Notes: generated from the sequence alone by a model not told the origin. A stretch of DNA of 64,000 nt from Thalia democratica (GCA_965202585.1 OZ241830.1:32984001-33048000); one strand, 5' to 3'. Positions 41,901 through 56,900 are shown, counted from the first letter of the stretch. A program made the numbers and translations.

Positions 41901-44900
41901 TATCTCATGTTTGCCGACGCCACTGGAAATAAACAGGCGAAACCTCAAATATTCAAAATTTGAAATATTCGGTTACTTCCGTCCGCAATTTATTCTACAT
42001 GCCAAAGGAGAATTTCTTCAAAGCGTTTTAATTAATATTAAATCTTATTAGATAAATTATTTTGTGGTTTACAGAAGAATATGTCGAAAAATATAACCTT
42101 TTTTCAACCTTTTTGTAAAATTTATGTAACAAATGCGTAACAAAAGACAACTTCACAAAATTTTACTAATCAAGATAAGAGTCTGTATTTAAAATATAAC
42201 GTAAACAAATTCGTTACTAAATACACTTAAAAACGTTTTTCGACAAAAGGCCTTCTGAGCATGAAAGGAGAAATGTTGTTCGGCAACGGAGAAATAAGCA
42301 AGCACTTGGACCTCGACTTGTCGGAATATAAAGTTGTTGAGGATATCTCATTCTTGTGCTGCATGCTCCCACCTAGCGGAGGGGCGAAACTGGGCGTTAA
42401 ATCGAAATCAGTCGTTCGTGTGTTCGCCGAAGAAGGTTTGTATTAATTGATTTTAACCTGATATAGTGATATTAGTTTACATAATTGATGAATACTTTGT
42501 TTTATAAGATGTTTTCATTATAAAATCTTTCTAAAATGTTTATATTCTACATTAACTACAAAATGATAGTTGTGGTGCAAATCAGTAAAAATAGTTTTTT
42601 TTTCAATAACTTGTTACGAGTTTTACACAGTTCAAATATAAAACTTTTATTAAGTTTAGATAATTTTAATTTTTCACAGAAATTAAAAAAAAATTGGTTT
42701 CAGTTTTCAAAAGTTTAGAATAAGCACAACTATATTAGCTTGTAACTCTCGTAACTGAATCGTTTACTAATAAATACTAATTGAAAACATGTTCTAGCAA
42801 AAAGTAAAATTTGTTTAGATCTCGGAACAATTTCGTTCGCGCAACCCAGCTTCGATGTCATGGCAACCCAGGGAATAGTGACCCTGTTGGTAACCAGATC
42901 AGGAACCTGCGAGAATGCTGCATTTGTTATTTGCGAGACTGGTGACGGAACCGCGCAGAGTGGACTTCACTACAGAGGTGAGTACACTATAATTTGAAAA
43001 AAAGTTTATTTGTTGTATACTTATTTAGTACGCTTTTAAACGCAGAAAATAAAAATATTTTTCAAAAAAATAAAATGGAAAAGTTAAAAATTTTACAAAC
43101 AAAATTAGCTTTTGTTTTTTTATTCGATAGACGAAACAGAACATAAAGTTTTAATGCGAGTTTCAAAAATATACTTTCAAACAAAATTGGCGACTTGCTG
43201 TGTGTTTATTTAAAATATTCTTACATGTTCAAAAGCAAATCCTTTTACTTCCATTAAATTTATCCAAAACCACGAGTTCATTTAAATTATCCGCGTGTGC
43301 AATGCAAATCATTTTATGGATTATCGAAACCGATTATTTGCATTTTTGCTGCAACGTGCTTCGCGCTTGAGTGATTGTTCAAGCACCGTTATGACGTAAT
43401 AACACACGTGTTTGTAATTACCGCCTCAACACAGAGAGGTGTTACATTCAAGTGTAGTTCAAATTTCGTTGATTTACCGCAGCAGCTTTTAAACCGGTTT
43501 CGCACGCTTTGTATTTTTTAACAATTTTTTAGTAGAGTTTAGTTATCATTTAAAACGTTTTAAACATTTTTTTGTGTTTTAAAAATAAATTACAATAGCC
43601 ATTGAATTGTAAATCAAAGAAATAATTTAGTTAAGGAGTTAAAGTTTTCAAAATGAACTAAACATTTTTAAGTTTATTTATAAATATTTTGTTGTCAAAA
43701 CTTTCGTTTTTACATAACAATACGAATGTAAAGCTGACCAATATACAATGCTTATTTATTTTTTGTAATTTGATAATGATGCTTACGATAGTTATATCAA
43801 ATAGATTGTAAAAGACGGTAAAAAATGAATAAAACCTTTAACTCAATCTAAACAGTAAACGCAATAATTCTAGTTTAATGCAAATAAGTAAACTCACAGG
43901 TGGCAAGATGAGCGTGGTGTTCGATACTGGCGAGGCGACGAAGCAGGTGCAGATTGCAATATACAACGACCCGAACCACCAGGGTGTGCTGAACTTCACC
44001 GCGACACTGCACGGGTCGCCCGGCGGACCCAGCATTGGCGATGTGGGCAAGGCGCAAGTTAACATGACTTGCGTCTCTGCAGGTTTGATGGTTGAAATTA
44101 AACAAGTTTAAAAGTTGATTTGATATGCGCTTAAAAAATAAAAACACTTGGTACGTCAAGTTTAAACTAAAGCCTAAAATTATCAAAACGGTTTTTGTTT
44201 AAATAAGTATGACTTTTGTTTAGAATTGGTTGTAATTCTGACTTACAAGCCCTTATAAAAGTCAAGTTTTAAGTTTCTATTAAATTCGTTTAAATTTCGA
44301 AGTGGAATAAAATGCTTAGAAGTTTTGAATACTCAATTTAGTTTTTCAAGTTTTGAATGCACACTTTAGTTTTTTAACTTTTCAATACGTTACAAAAAAA
44401 TACATTTTTTTTGTTTTAACAAAACAACTATTAAAATAACTTCAGAAATATCTTTAAAATAATACTTGAATTTTCCAAATGTGTAAAAAGTAATTTCTTT
44501 ATAAGAATGATTCTCATACGAAAAACAAACGTTTTGTTTCTTTAATTTTTTCTTTGGTATTGTTAATTTGAGACTTAGGAAATAGTATAAATTTTAACAT
44601 CAAGTTAAACCAAAGATAGAAATGAGTTAAGTTTAGAAGAGTAGTAGAAACTACAGTTTTTATTGGGTAAACATAAATTGATCGCTTAAAACTGTTTCAA
44701 ATATTTCAAAATAGTATTTAGTATACTGCTGTATTTTAAGAGCTTTCAAAATACTATTTTTTTAACAAGTTTGTTGTCAAATTAATTTGATCTTAACAAA
44801 AGTACAAATTTAGCTATTAAATTTTTTTGAAAATTTTTTACAAACAAATATTTACTTGTCTCGTTCATTGTGCTTTCAATTTCAATGCGGTTTCGCTGAA

Positions 44901-47900
44901 AAGTTTACTACTTTAGCAAACAACTGAAACCACTGCTCTAAAGCAAAAATATATGATTAAGTAGCCAACACTTTTATCTTTTTATTGAAAGGCAGAAACT
45001 AGAGAAAATAGTGAAATAAATCTTTTTTTGACATTTTATACGGGATTACTGGTCCATTATGTAAAACATGATAAATTTGGTTGTGAAATACCAAGACATA
45101 ACACTTCGTGATGTATTACAAATGTATAAAGTGCGGTTGGATTGGATATCAATCTGTAGCTGTAGGCTATACGCTTGATAGCTTTAAATCTAAGCGCTAA
45201 GGAATTTGTGAATTCATCTCCATAAAGATTAAATTGCGTCGCTCTAAGAAGCCATTATCACGTAATTACATTTTATTACGAGGGCTTTCCAATTTAACAT
45301 TGAATACACACTTGACAGCTTTTGCAAATTACTTGAAAAAACTACACAGCTATGCACAGCTGAGAAATAACTTTGATATTTTTTTATTATCATATAATGT
45401 TAAATTAGTTGTAACCAAACACCATTTTTAAGAGCTGCTGTAATTTGAGGTAAATTTTAACTTAAAAAAAAACGACGAAATTTTTCATGTTATTTAAATG
45501 TATTTAAATACTTTTAAACAGCGGTTTTTGATAAACTATAAAAATTAACAATATTGTCTTCTCTAATGAGGACAAATATTGTCTTACTAATCTATAAAAC
45601 TTATGTTTTACTGGTGTTTGTTTAAAAAAGATGCCTTATACTCAAACAACTTTTTTGGTAGAACAAATACAACAAAACTAGTAATTTTAATAAACAATTT
45701 TTTAGTGTTAATATATATACCTATGCCGACTAAAACAAAACTAACTTTTTGAAAAAAATCGCAAAATTACCTAAAATTTAGTATTAGTATAACCTTTTTA
45801 CAAAAGATACCTATGACTTTATTTATATAAACAGTTCCAGTGATACCTGTGGGTCTTGCTCCAACATCAGGACCTTGCACTGTCGAATTTGCTAAAGGAA
45901 AATACATTACAAGAAGAAGTGCAAAGGTGAAAATTTAACGTTTTACTTTTGTGGAATGTGAACTCGACACGATAAATTTATAATAAGTTTACGCTCTAGT
46001 GCAGTGAACTATACCAAAATAAAAATGTAAAATATTCTGTATATTAAATAAAACTCTATTATGGAAATTATAAGCTAGCTACGCTACAATTTTTGGTGAT
46101 TCACTGTGTATTTTAAACAACATATAAGTAGATATTTTTTGCATTTGAACTGAATATAAAATTTGGACTTGAAGTTTTAAACATTTTTCTTTTTCAGTAA
46201 AACAAATATTTTAACAATTTTAAGTTTTTTAACAGAAGTCAGTTCATTTGGTCAATCGAAAAAGTTAACCCCAATAAAAGTAACCAAGATAAAAAAAAAT
46301 GAAAAATGTATATTTTACGCAGAACTTGCGCATTCCAGTACATCGTTCTAACACCGAAGGATGCTGCGAGGCCACTTGGGTTTGTGACGTCACTGAAGAC
46401 GATCTTGACGTCATAATCAAGGTTGAGGAGAACAAGAGAAAGTCCGTCATTTCCATGATATCAGCATCTTCTCTTCAGTCCTCAGGGGAAAACTCCTCCG
46501 ACGAAGATGGTCTCCTAACTGGAACGGTCTGTTGAACAAAATTAATTTTAATGACAATATCTGTTTTAGACTGTGAATGATTAATAAAACAAATATAATA
46601 CTGTGCGCATAATTTCTTATTAGTCCTCATGAGTACTTTGTGAATTTTTTTCGAGTTTAAACTTACAACATGCAAAATAAATTTTAATTGTTTTTCTTAA
46701 TAAAAGTTTCTTAAATTAAAAAAAACCCTTAGTTTAAAAGGATATTTTGAGTAGACTCTATTGCAAAATTACGCATTAATACTTCAAACAGCACCTTGTC
46801 CTTATCAAAACGACCTATTTCAGATAAGATTCGAAGACGGAGTGAGCACGGTTGAGATCGAACTCCCACTGAGGGCAAAGAAGGCGTCAACCTCCCCGCA
46901 GAACGAAGCACTGGTCAGCTTGTCCGGATTGAGGTGGGTTGAAGCCGACAAGGATCCCGAAGACTTGAGGTTGGGACTCAAAGAGGCTCAAGTCATCATA
47001 CTCAACGATATCGGTAAGAAAATTTAAACTATTTTATTCAATTAACTATAAAAATTAGTATAACAAGTTTATTACTAAGATTTTAAGTCTTAGATCGATT
47101 AAGTTTTTTTAAATTCTACAAAGTAAAAGCTAATTAAAGTACATACAAAACATTTAGATGGTTTTATCTAATAAAGTATAAGTACTTTTTTACTATAATG
47201 AAACAGTTAAAAAAATAACTAAACTTTCAAATCAACAATACAGACGCTGGAACGCTGGGATTTTCCAAATCGACGTACTCAGTGAAGCAGAACGAAGGAG
47301 TGATCACCGTTCCGGTCCACCGACTTGGCGGCATGGACGGAAAGGTGACGACAAAATGGCGCACGACGGAAAAGAGCGCGAAGGAGGGCAGAGATTTCGA
47401 GGGAGGAAGCGGAACCCTCACCTTCCTCCACAATCAGGTTTGAAAGTAGAAAATAACAAAGTGTCTATCTTTTTTAAGAAAATATTGTATATTAGTGCTA
47501 ATTAAGTTGTTTTTATATGTTCGGAAAATATGATTTTGTTATAATTTTATTTAAATTTTTTTAATTGTCTGTTTTAGTTTTATGAATCCTGAACTTATAA
47601 TTTTTTTAAATACCAAAAAACGCTATTTTAGTTTCGTAAACATCTTAACTTCTTTTAGAAAACTGCACTACTTAAAAAGTGTTCCATATAAAACAGTTTC
47701 TGAAAGTTTCCATTTTGTCGTTAAAAAAATGTGTATAGGTACAGCAAACAATAGAATTGAAGTTGAAGGATGCCATCAGAGATGACAGCGATGAAAGGAA
47801 GTTCACGATTGAGTTGTACAAGATAAGAGGAGGTGCAAAATCTGGGTTGAGACAAGCAACTGTTTACATACTTGCTGATGAAGGTATTGTGTTTTTATAT

Positions 47901-50900
47901 GTATAATAGAAATCTACTTTCACTTTAGAAATGTTAAAAAGTTTTATGCAACGTTTCAGACTGTCTTTTAAAATTTTGACTTGTTTATTGATAAAAAGGA
48001 TAGGTAAAGTTTACTTTTAATAAACGAATTTTAACAACTGACCGTTTTATTTAAAATAAGTATATACTAAATATATACAATTAATAGATAAGTTAGCTAA
48101 AGTATGTTTTACCTTTTAGTTAAGATAATTGAACTTAATTCCATAAAATGTTTGCAAAACACCCGAAAAAAATCAATCAAATTGAAAAGAAAAATTAAAA
48201 TAAAAAAAGATACAAAAACTTATAGATACAAAAAAAAATCTTAAATTTTACAAAACAAAATATTTTTAGACCGCAGCATTGTGCAGTTCAGCAAGGAATC
48301 ATACCCGGTTATAGGAAACGCAACAAGCGTCAAAATTCCCATCCTCCGCACTGGAAGTTGTCAGAAGAAATCAGTTGCAGTTTACAAGACTGTTGAGGGA
48401 ACTGCGAAGCCTGGTGTTGACTTTGATGATAAACAGGTATAGTTGTGCAGTAAAACTATAAACTAAAGTAACAGACAAACAATTTACTAAATTTTGAAAT
48501 TCTATACTAATTTTGGTGCTAGATAATGTTTTAAACCTCTTTTTAATTGATAATTTTTATTACTTATTAGTAAATTGATACTTTAATAAGTCCTTAATAC
48601 TTAAAGTTTATAATTATTATAACTTATGGTGTACTATAGTTATAATTTACATTATTGTAACTGTAAAGTATTATTGCTTTTATATTTTTCATATTTTTTT
48701 GTTATACAAAAAAGTATTTAAAAATATGAAATAAATTCTTACACAAAAAACTACTTTTTAAAAACTCTTATTGCATTATTAGGACTACGTGGTGTTTGAG
48801 CCCGGTATGACTCGCGCCACCATTGAAGTCGGGTTGTCGGGTAAAGCTATTGAGGCTAAGGAGTTCACTGTGGAGCTGTCAACCGAATACGATGCTGAAG
48901 ATGAAAACGCTCCTCAAGATAAGGATCTCGGTAAATCCGTGCTAGGAGCTGTGAAGACGGCAACCGTGTCTATTGTCAGCGCCAGAGGTTAAGTGATATT
49001 TTAAGTATTTTTTTAAACTTAAAATTTATTTTAAAGCATTTTAAAATAAAAGTTTAAATAAGAAATGTATTGTTAAAGTACACGAAGAATAATACTTTAA
49101 ATTGAATTTCATAAATACATAAATAAAATATCAAAAAAATTCAAACTATTATTGAGATAGTAAATAAAAGTTTATTTGCTTAAGTAAGTTTAACAAAAGT
49201 TTACCAGATATTTAAAACAACAAACATTTTAGTCATGCAATTAAGAAATTTTGTTGCACACAGAACCAGGTCAGTTCGACTTCAGCAAGCCGTCGTTCGT
49301 GTTCCGAACCAGCAAACCGGTCGGAATGGTCCCCATAATCAGGTCGGGTGGCACGGACGGTCAAGTTGACGTACCGTGGCGCATCGAGTCACTGGACAAA
49401 CCTTCGCCGTTCGCCGGTGCCGAGGGAACACTCAAGTTTCAGGACGGGGAAGTCACCAAGAACGTGGAGATCACGCTGGAGGGCGTGCCTAGCGACGAGT
49501 TCGTCATGGTGCTGTTGCCAAGCGACGACGGCTGCCTGGTGCTGGGCAGCTCGACCAGGGCTACTGTGACCATCATCGGTGAAGCAGGTTTGTCGAACTT
49601 TAAAACATTAATGAGATTTAGATTTTAAAACTCTCTGTAAGGACTGTGTTTTTTAAATATTATTGTTTTTTTTTTAAATAGACACTAAATGTGTTAAAGC
49701 TATTTTATTTTTTGTAAACTCTGCCTGGTTCTAGCACAAAGTTTTTATATAATCTAAAGCGTGACAATTGTACCTAAATAGTATTAGTTTAATAAAGTTT
49801 ATGTTTTAGCTTGATCAACTATTGATTTTGTTTCATTTATACTAACAAAATTGTTTGTACTTTAAAACAATTCACAGAGGAGCCAATGATAGTGATGAGA
49901 AGGCCTGAGCTGCAGCTGAAGTCGGCCGAAGTGGTCGAAATCACCGTGTTACGTCACGGAAACGTCAATGACGTCACTTTTGTCGGCTGGGAGAGCGCTA
50001 ACGGAACGGCCATCGAAGGTGTCAACTATTTGGGCGGATCCGGTAATTGCTAATATTTTTTGAATTTTGTTTGTACATTTTGTATGGTACTTAGTGTAAA
50101 AAGAAACTGTTTTTTGATAATTTCAATAGTAATAAATAAAACTTTTATCAGAACATACGTAAACTTTTGTAACTTTTCTAGTTTCTAAAAACTTATACTA
50201 CCGTGAAGTAAACAAAATATCATAAATTAACATTTGCTTGTTTAAGAAATAGTATTTTTTCAAATTTTACTTCAATTGTTGAACTTATTTAGGAAACATG
50301 GTGTTTGATCCTTATGAAACAAAGAAGAAGATTCTGATACCAGTTTTGAAATTGTCCGAAGAAGAACCAATAAATTTCACAGTCACTTTGTCGCATGTTC
50401 GCGGAATCGGTAAACTCGGTTCATCCAACTCCACTGAAGTTATACTCGAACCATTAGAAAGTATGTAGCTTGTATTTTTTGGTTTCGTGATATTTATAAC
50501 ATTTATTTTTACTTTGCAGAAATCACACTTCAAGGCGAAGCAGCTCCAATGCCACAATCAGGTAAAAATTTTATTAATTTATTTTAAATTGAATTTTGTT
50601 CTGGTAAATAGCGTAAAATTAAATTAGTTTTTGTAATAACCAAATCAAAACTTAATGTATTAAGCAAATATAAATAAATACTTCAAGTACCAGAACATCT
50701 GGCGATCAAACGAAACTTAAACTAACAAACCGTAAACTACTGTAAGTTAAGATTGTTAAAAATTCCAAGTAAATGTTTATCATTCGAACAGACATAGAAG
50801 TAGAGTTCGTGCGCAAGAGGTACTTGTTCCGTCAATCGCAACCGTCAGCCAACATAACAGTCAAGCGTTCCTCATCCGACGGCCCCTGCACCGTTCAGTG

Positions 50901-53900
50901 GCAATCGGTGAACCTGCACCCCTTGTTCATGGACAACTACTCTCCGATCAGGGCCAGGCTGGACACCACCATGTCGTCGACGGGCTTCAGCGAGCACGAC
51001 GACCAGTCCATGATCACTTCGCAGGGCCACAGGAGCGTGACGAGCATCGGGGACGTGCTCGATGAAGATCAGATCGATTGGGGATCCGGTTGGTGTTTTG
51101 TGTATAAGTTTATGCTAGTTTTTATCTTTTTAAAGTTTATTAATAAGTTTTACCGTAATCTCAGCCTGTTTTAATCTGTAATAGTATTTTATGTCAGCTA
51201 AAGCTCGTTCTTTTAATTTTCAAAGTATTTTGATTACTGTATGTCTTTAGAAAGCGTTGATAAAGTTTTACTACTCTAATCAATGAAAACCAATCTTGTA
51301 ACAACAATAGTAAATAAAACTCACATTGCTTTAAAGGTTCAGTGACATTCGAGGACGGACAAGAGGAAGCGAACATCGAAATAGTTTTGGGCAGGGAGAT
51401 GCCGATGAGGGAGATGAGCTTCAAATTGGAACTGTTGGATCCTCTGGATGATAACGTCAAACTCGGATTCCTTCCCACGACTCTCGTGACTGTCATCAGG
51501 GATAAAGGTAAATTATTAGCATATATCTTTTTAAACGGTCATTTTATATTACATTGTGTAAAGCTTTATATTATGCGTTGCCCTTTTGAATATAACTTGA
51601 TGGGTAATATTAAGACAAAACATCAGTATTGTTTAAAATAAGAACTTTAGGAAAAGTGGTGTTTTTAAAAATTAAGATAAAAGCCGAACTCACAAAAATA
51701 TCATATTATTCTACTTTTATAGACGCGGGAATTGTTGGTTTCCCCAACTCAAGGTACGGCTACAACGTTACCACGGAAATTATTTTGGTTCCGGTTCAGC
51801 GAACATCCGGGGCCGACGGAACCATTTCAGTTTCGTGGAGCACTAAAGACGCAACTGCAGTCGGTGAGTTTTCTTGTGATATTGAACAAGTAGAAATATT
51901 TTTTGTGGACTTAAGCTTTCTTCAACGAGTCAACTACACGAAACATATATAAAATAGTTTTTAGATGGTTGTTTGTCAAGTTTTTAATTGTTTTAGTTTA
52001 TAAAACACAATAAACTAAATAACAAATTCATCAGGTGGCAAGCACTACCTGCCAGCGGAAGGAAACCTGATCTTCCAGGACGGTGAGGTGAGAAAGGAGA
52101 TAGAACTGAAGATGCCGGTGAGGGTGGAGTTTTTTGAGGAAGACGAACTCGCATTCCACGTTGTACTCAGCAATCCCACAGGAGGTGCTAATATCAACGT
52201 GGCCGAGACTAAAGTAGTACTCGAAAACGATTTGAGTGAGTTTTATATTGGTTTTAACAAAAAAAAAAAAAAAAGTTATGAGCTTAATTAATCGCAAAAA
52301 ATTACTAAAATTAAAACAAAAACTTAAAATGCTGTTTTATAAGTTGAAAGAAAAAAAATTAAAGCACAAATAGTTAAAAAATGTACAATAATTACATTAA
52401 TTTTTTACACATTAAACTTACAATTATTTGTATCTAAAAGAGTTTATTTTTAATCTTAGTGAATTTTAATTTTTGAAAAACTAAACCTTTACTTGGCCAC
52501 TAAAAAAACTTAAAACTTTTTAACTACTCTACAGTTTTTTATCTTGATTGAAACTTTAAAAGGGTGTATTACAAAAATACAATAAGAAAATTAAAAAATA
52601 GTTAAACGATTTTTGTCAACTGTTTAGTAGAACGACTAGTATCACTTGTCAAATATTTTTTTCCAAATAAGCTACAACTATCGATAATAAAAAATTTACA
52701 AAATACAAAACTATTAAATCGTATACTTTAGAATTGTTATTACCTGTCAAGCAGTTTCGTCGAATAAAACAGCTAATTACTCAATAACCTAAACACAGCT
52801 CGCGGTGAACTTTCGTTCGAGGCGGACAACGCCAGTTTCAACCAATCAGACGGAAGCATCAACCTTCCAGTCCACCGCAGCAAGGACCAGAGCGGCATAG
52901 TGACGGCGTTCTGGCAGGCGAGGGGAATGCCCGGCAAACCGAGGTGCAGGTACGAGGGAATGAACGGCACCGTTGTGTTCCAAGATGGGGAAAGTGTTAA
53001 AGGTGATTGTTTTGATTGATGCGTACAAAAATATTTTTCTTATTATGACCGGTACTGTTGTGTTCAATGATGGTGAAAGTTTGTATAGTGATTGTTAATT
53101 TTGTTTGGTATTTTATTTAGAGAACTTTTCACAACTTTCATTGATAATCATATTAAGAAAATGTTATTTAAACAGTTAAATGGTTCAGAAAAACATTATA
53201 AGAAACTTAATGACTTCTTTATTTGTGCTGAATTTGAAAATAGTCCGTTGTGGTTTAATTCTATTAATAAACTAATTTGTAAACATTTTCAATATGAACA
53301 GATATAACAATCAAGTTGGTGCCACAAGTTCAATCAGTGACTACCGACCACGTGGTACTCGAAATTGATCCACCTAGTGGTAGAGCCTTGTTAGGGGAAT
53401 ACCCTGATTGCTCCGTAGTAATCAACAACGACGTTTGTGAGTAAAAAAACATCTTTTGTTGAACTTATATAGAAAAAAAGTTTTAAGTTTTAAAACACAA
53501 GGCTACTCAAGCATTTTTATAGAAAAAAGAATAATGATCAATAACAGCAAACTTGTTTTGTTACGTAATATATAGTTGTTTTTTATAGTGTTTTACTTTA
53601 AAACTCGTTTTTTTATCACTTGTTAAATAATTTCAATGGTGTAAAAATGTTATAAAGTAAACAAATTATCTTGAATGTAACATTTATTAAATATTTTTTA
53701 AAGCTTAAACATTTTAAACTTTCAGTCCCAGGAAACTTCAGTTTGGAGCACAGTGACTACAAGTTCCAACAGAGCGAGGGTAAAGGAATTGTTAAAGTAT
53801 TGAGAACTGAAGGAAAACGCGGCAATGTTTCACTCTCTTGGAAGGTTTTGATTGTTTATCATTAAAACTACAAACTATCTCAAGTTTTGTGAGAGATCTT

Positions 53901-56900
53901 TGAAAAGTTTTTTTAAATAAATAGTCATATTTAAAAAATTAACATTTTCTTGTTTATAAACACTTTGGTTTATATTATAAGTAGATAAACAAAGTTGAAA
54001 CAACATTGAGCTGCTTTGTAAGTTTTAATGCAGTTGTACTAACATAGAACACTAAAAATAACAATTTTAGTTAGAATGTTTCTCTATAAATTAGTTTAAA
54101 CAAAATTTAAAGTTATTTTTAACTTTTTAAAATTTTTGCAAATACTAATTTTCACATTAATTGTTTGCAATAAATTATGATAAAAACATCCCATTCAGAT
54201 CGTACCAGCTTCAGATGCTGCTTCATTCTCCACTATGATTGGACAAAACGGAACAATTGAGTTTGAAGACGAACAAAGCTTCGGTGAAATTGAAATAAAA
54301 TTCCCTGAAGACACAGTCGAGGAACAAGAAGAGTTAGTTTATTTTGTTTTAATAGATTATTTTTTGACATTCAAACTTTGTAAACCAAGTATATTTAGAG
54401 TGATACTTTTGTAATACATCACTTGCTTAGCTTTTTTCATCTAGACTATATGTTTAATAAGAAAAAGAGTTACAAGTGGCGCTGTTGTATTATTCTGGAT
54501 GATTATGACAATTAATTACCTATCATTACTATAACAAAGTGTTGTGTTAGATTTTGACAAAGTGTTTCAATCAACAGAGTAATGATAATGCTTCTGCCAC
54601 CCGACGGTAGAGCTGACCTTTTGGACCCATACAAATCACATTTACTGGTAGACAACGACCTCCAGTGTTCAATCAATTTCACATCTGATGTTTATAACAT
54701 TCGTGGAGATGTGGACAGCTTTTTGTTGCCGCTTGTGAGGGACGGACCCAAGTACAGACCCATCACCGTCGCGTATAAAACTATTGGTGATTAAGTTTAT
54801 TGTAAAGACCATTTAAATTTGATTGTAAAAATTTTCTAATAAGTCATGTTTTTATTAATTTATTGCATTGAACTAACTAAGGTATTAATATTATTTTGTA
54901 ACGGCACAAAACCTGAGATTCTTAATTACAATTATTTTTAAATTAAAATTTAACTTAATTATTACTTTTACGTTGTTTAAAACTATTTATTCAAAACCGT
55001 ACTTACTATAAAAAATTTTGACAAAAGTAAGTCACCACATAGTATCACTATAATCAAAAACAGACGGAACAGCTATTGATTGCAAGAATTTCATCGGAGG
55101 CGACGGAGAGGTGGAGTTCGGACCTGGTGAGGTGAAAAAGGATATTTTGCTGCCTGTTATGAACGACAACCAGGGAGGTGTGCTGACATTCCAATGTCAA
55201 TTGACCAACGTGCAGAGTGGTGGTCCCGGAAAGATCGGTGTCATCGGGGACTGCACTGTCAATATTGAGAACATTCCTGGTCAGTTCTAACAAAATGTTT
55301 TAGAATAACGAGATATTGATAGTTTGTGCATTACCCAGTTGTTTTTGTCATTCATACTCAATTGACGAATTTTTACTTTCAAACGACAAAAGTTGTGATG
55401 TGAATTTATTCCGTAGACTGTTTAAAAGCTTACTTATTTGATTACTTTCAAGTATCTGAAAACTACGAAACAAAAACATAGGCTGTATTGTTTCACATTT
55501 AACCGTAATTTACTGACTTTACGATATCAATATAAAAGTATCCTTTTAAATATCTAATATTTTTATTCTCACAGCTGCGGGTCGTGTGGACATGTCATCT
55601 CCTGAAGTGATGACGAAGCAGAGCAGCGGAGTGGCGATGATCGGAGTGACAAGATCTTCAGGTAGGAAGGGAAGAGCGGAGGTTCCGTGGTTCGTGGAAG
55701 TCATACAGGGAACGAGTAAGGAGGATGATGACCACTACAACAAATTGGAAGGAAAAGTTGGTTTTTTGAAAAATCATTTTAAAAACTTACTGTTCAAAAT
55801 ACTTTTTTAGTGTTTTATTCATTTGTTTCAAATATTTATCTTTCAATAAATGATTTTGAAATACAATTTTGTTAGAGCACTATGTTTTTTTGTCAATTTT
55901 GATCAATTAGTGCTATTTAAGTAGATAAAGCTATACAATGTTATTTTTTGTTATCCAAGTTATCCAAACACGTTTGCATTATTTTTTAAAATTAATCCTC
56001 GTGAAAGCTTAAATCTAAAAGTTTAATTTGTAAACTAAATATAACTAAAGTACATTTTCATGTACCTAGGTTATAAGCTATACATTCTTCGCAGCTCATC
56101 TTCGAGGATGGGGAAACGGACAAAGTGATTGACGTCACGTTGAGCGACAAACCGAGCAATTATGACGTCACGATACTCGACGTCACATTGATGACGCCGA
56201 TTTCACAAGACGGTGTCGTTCTCGGTGATTCCCCAACTTCAAGAGTAACCGTCGACAATGACATTGGTTATTTTGAACTTATATACAAATAATGTAAAAC
56301 GTAAAACTAAGTTTTAAGCTTAAAGCATCAGTCTTTTTACAATTGTTTGAATTTCGCTTTTTAATTAAGCTATGAAAAATAAGTTACATGATTAAAACTG
56401 GGTTTACTAATAAAACTTTGGATGTTTTGATAATTTAAAGTTTTGACACCGAAAAACTCTTAAAAATTATTTAAAACAAAGCTGTATCTTAAAACTTTAT
56501 ATAAACAAAACAAAATTTCCAGACGCGGGCGTGATTGAAACGGAGCAGGAGCAGATAATAGTGTTTGGAACCGACGCAAACGTCAGGATTCCCATTCAGA
56601 GGAACGGACCGGGAGTCAGGTTTCCTGCTACTTGCACTTGGGAAGCTGAAGACGATACCGCAATCAGGGGCAAGCACTACAGAGCGTGGAAGGGAATCAT
56701 AGAGTTTGAAGAAGGAGAAAACAAGTTGGTGTATATTAAAAAAGAAAATTCTTAGTTTTGTAGTTTTATTTTACAACATTTCGTTTTGAAGTTTTTAATG
56801 GTCTATGAGCACAGAATGTTTGGAAAAGGTTTTTAACTTATAAATGAAGGTTACTTACTATTTAACGATGTATTGTTTTTTATGTTTAAAAACAAAGTGC

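Noticed and set aside
45234-45431. Alternative terminal exon after Calx-beta 5
   Set aside because: AT-rich codons, no convincing acceptor or composition signal, and a length compatible with chance.
54480-54530. Intronic [10 protein letters not shown] resembling a Calx-beta C-terminal strand
   Set aside because: Too short, no splice sites, and consistent with chance.
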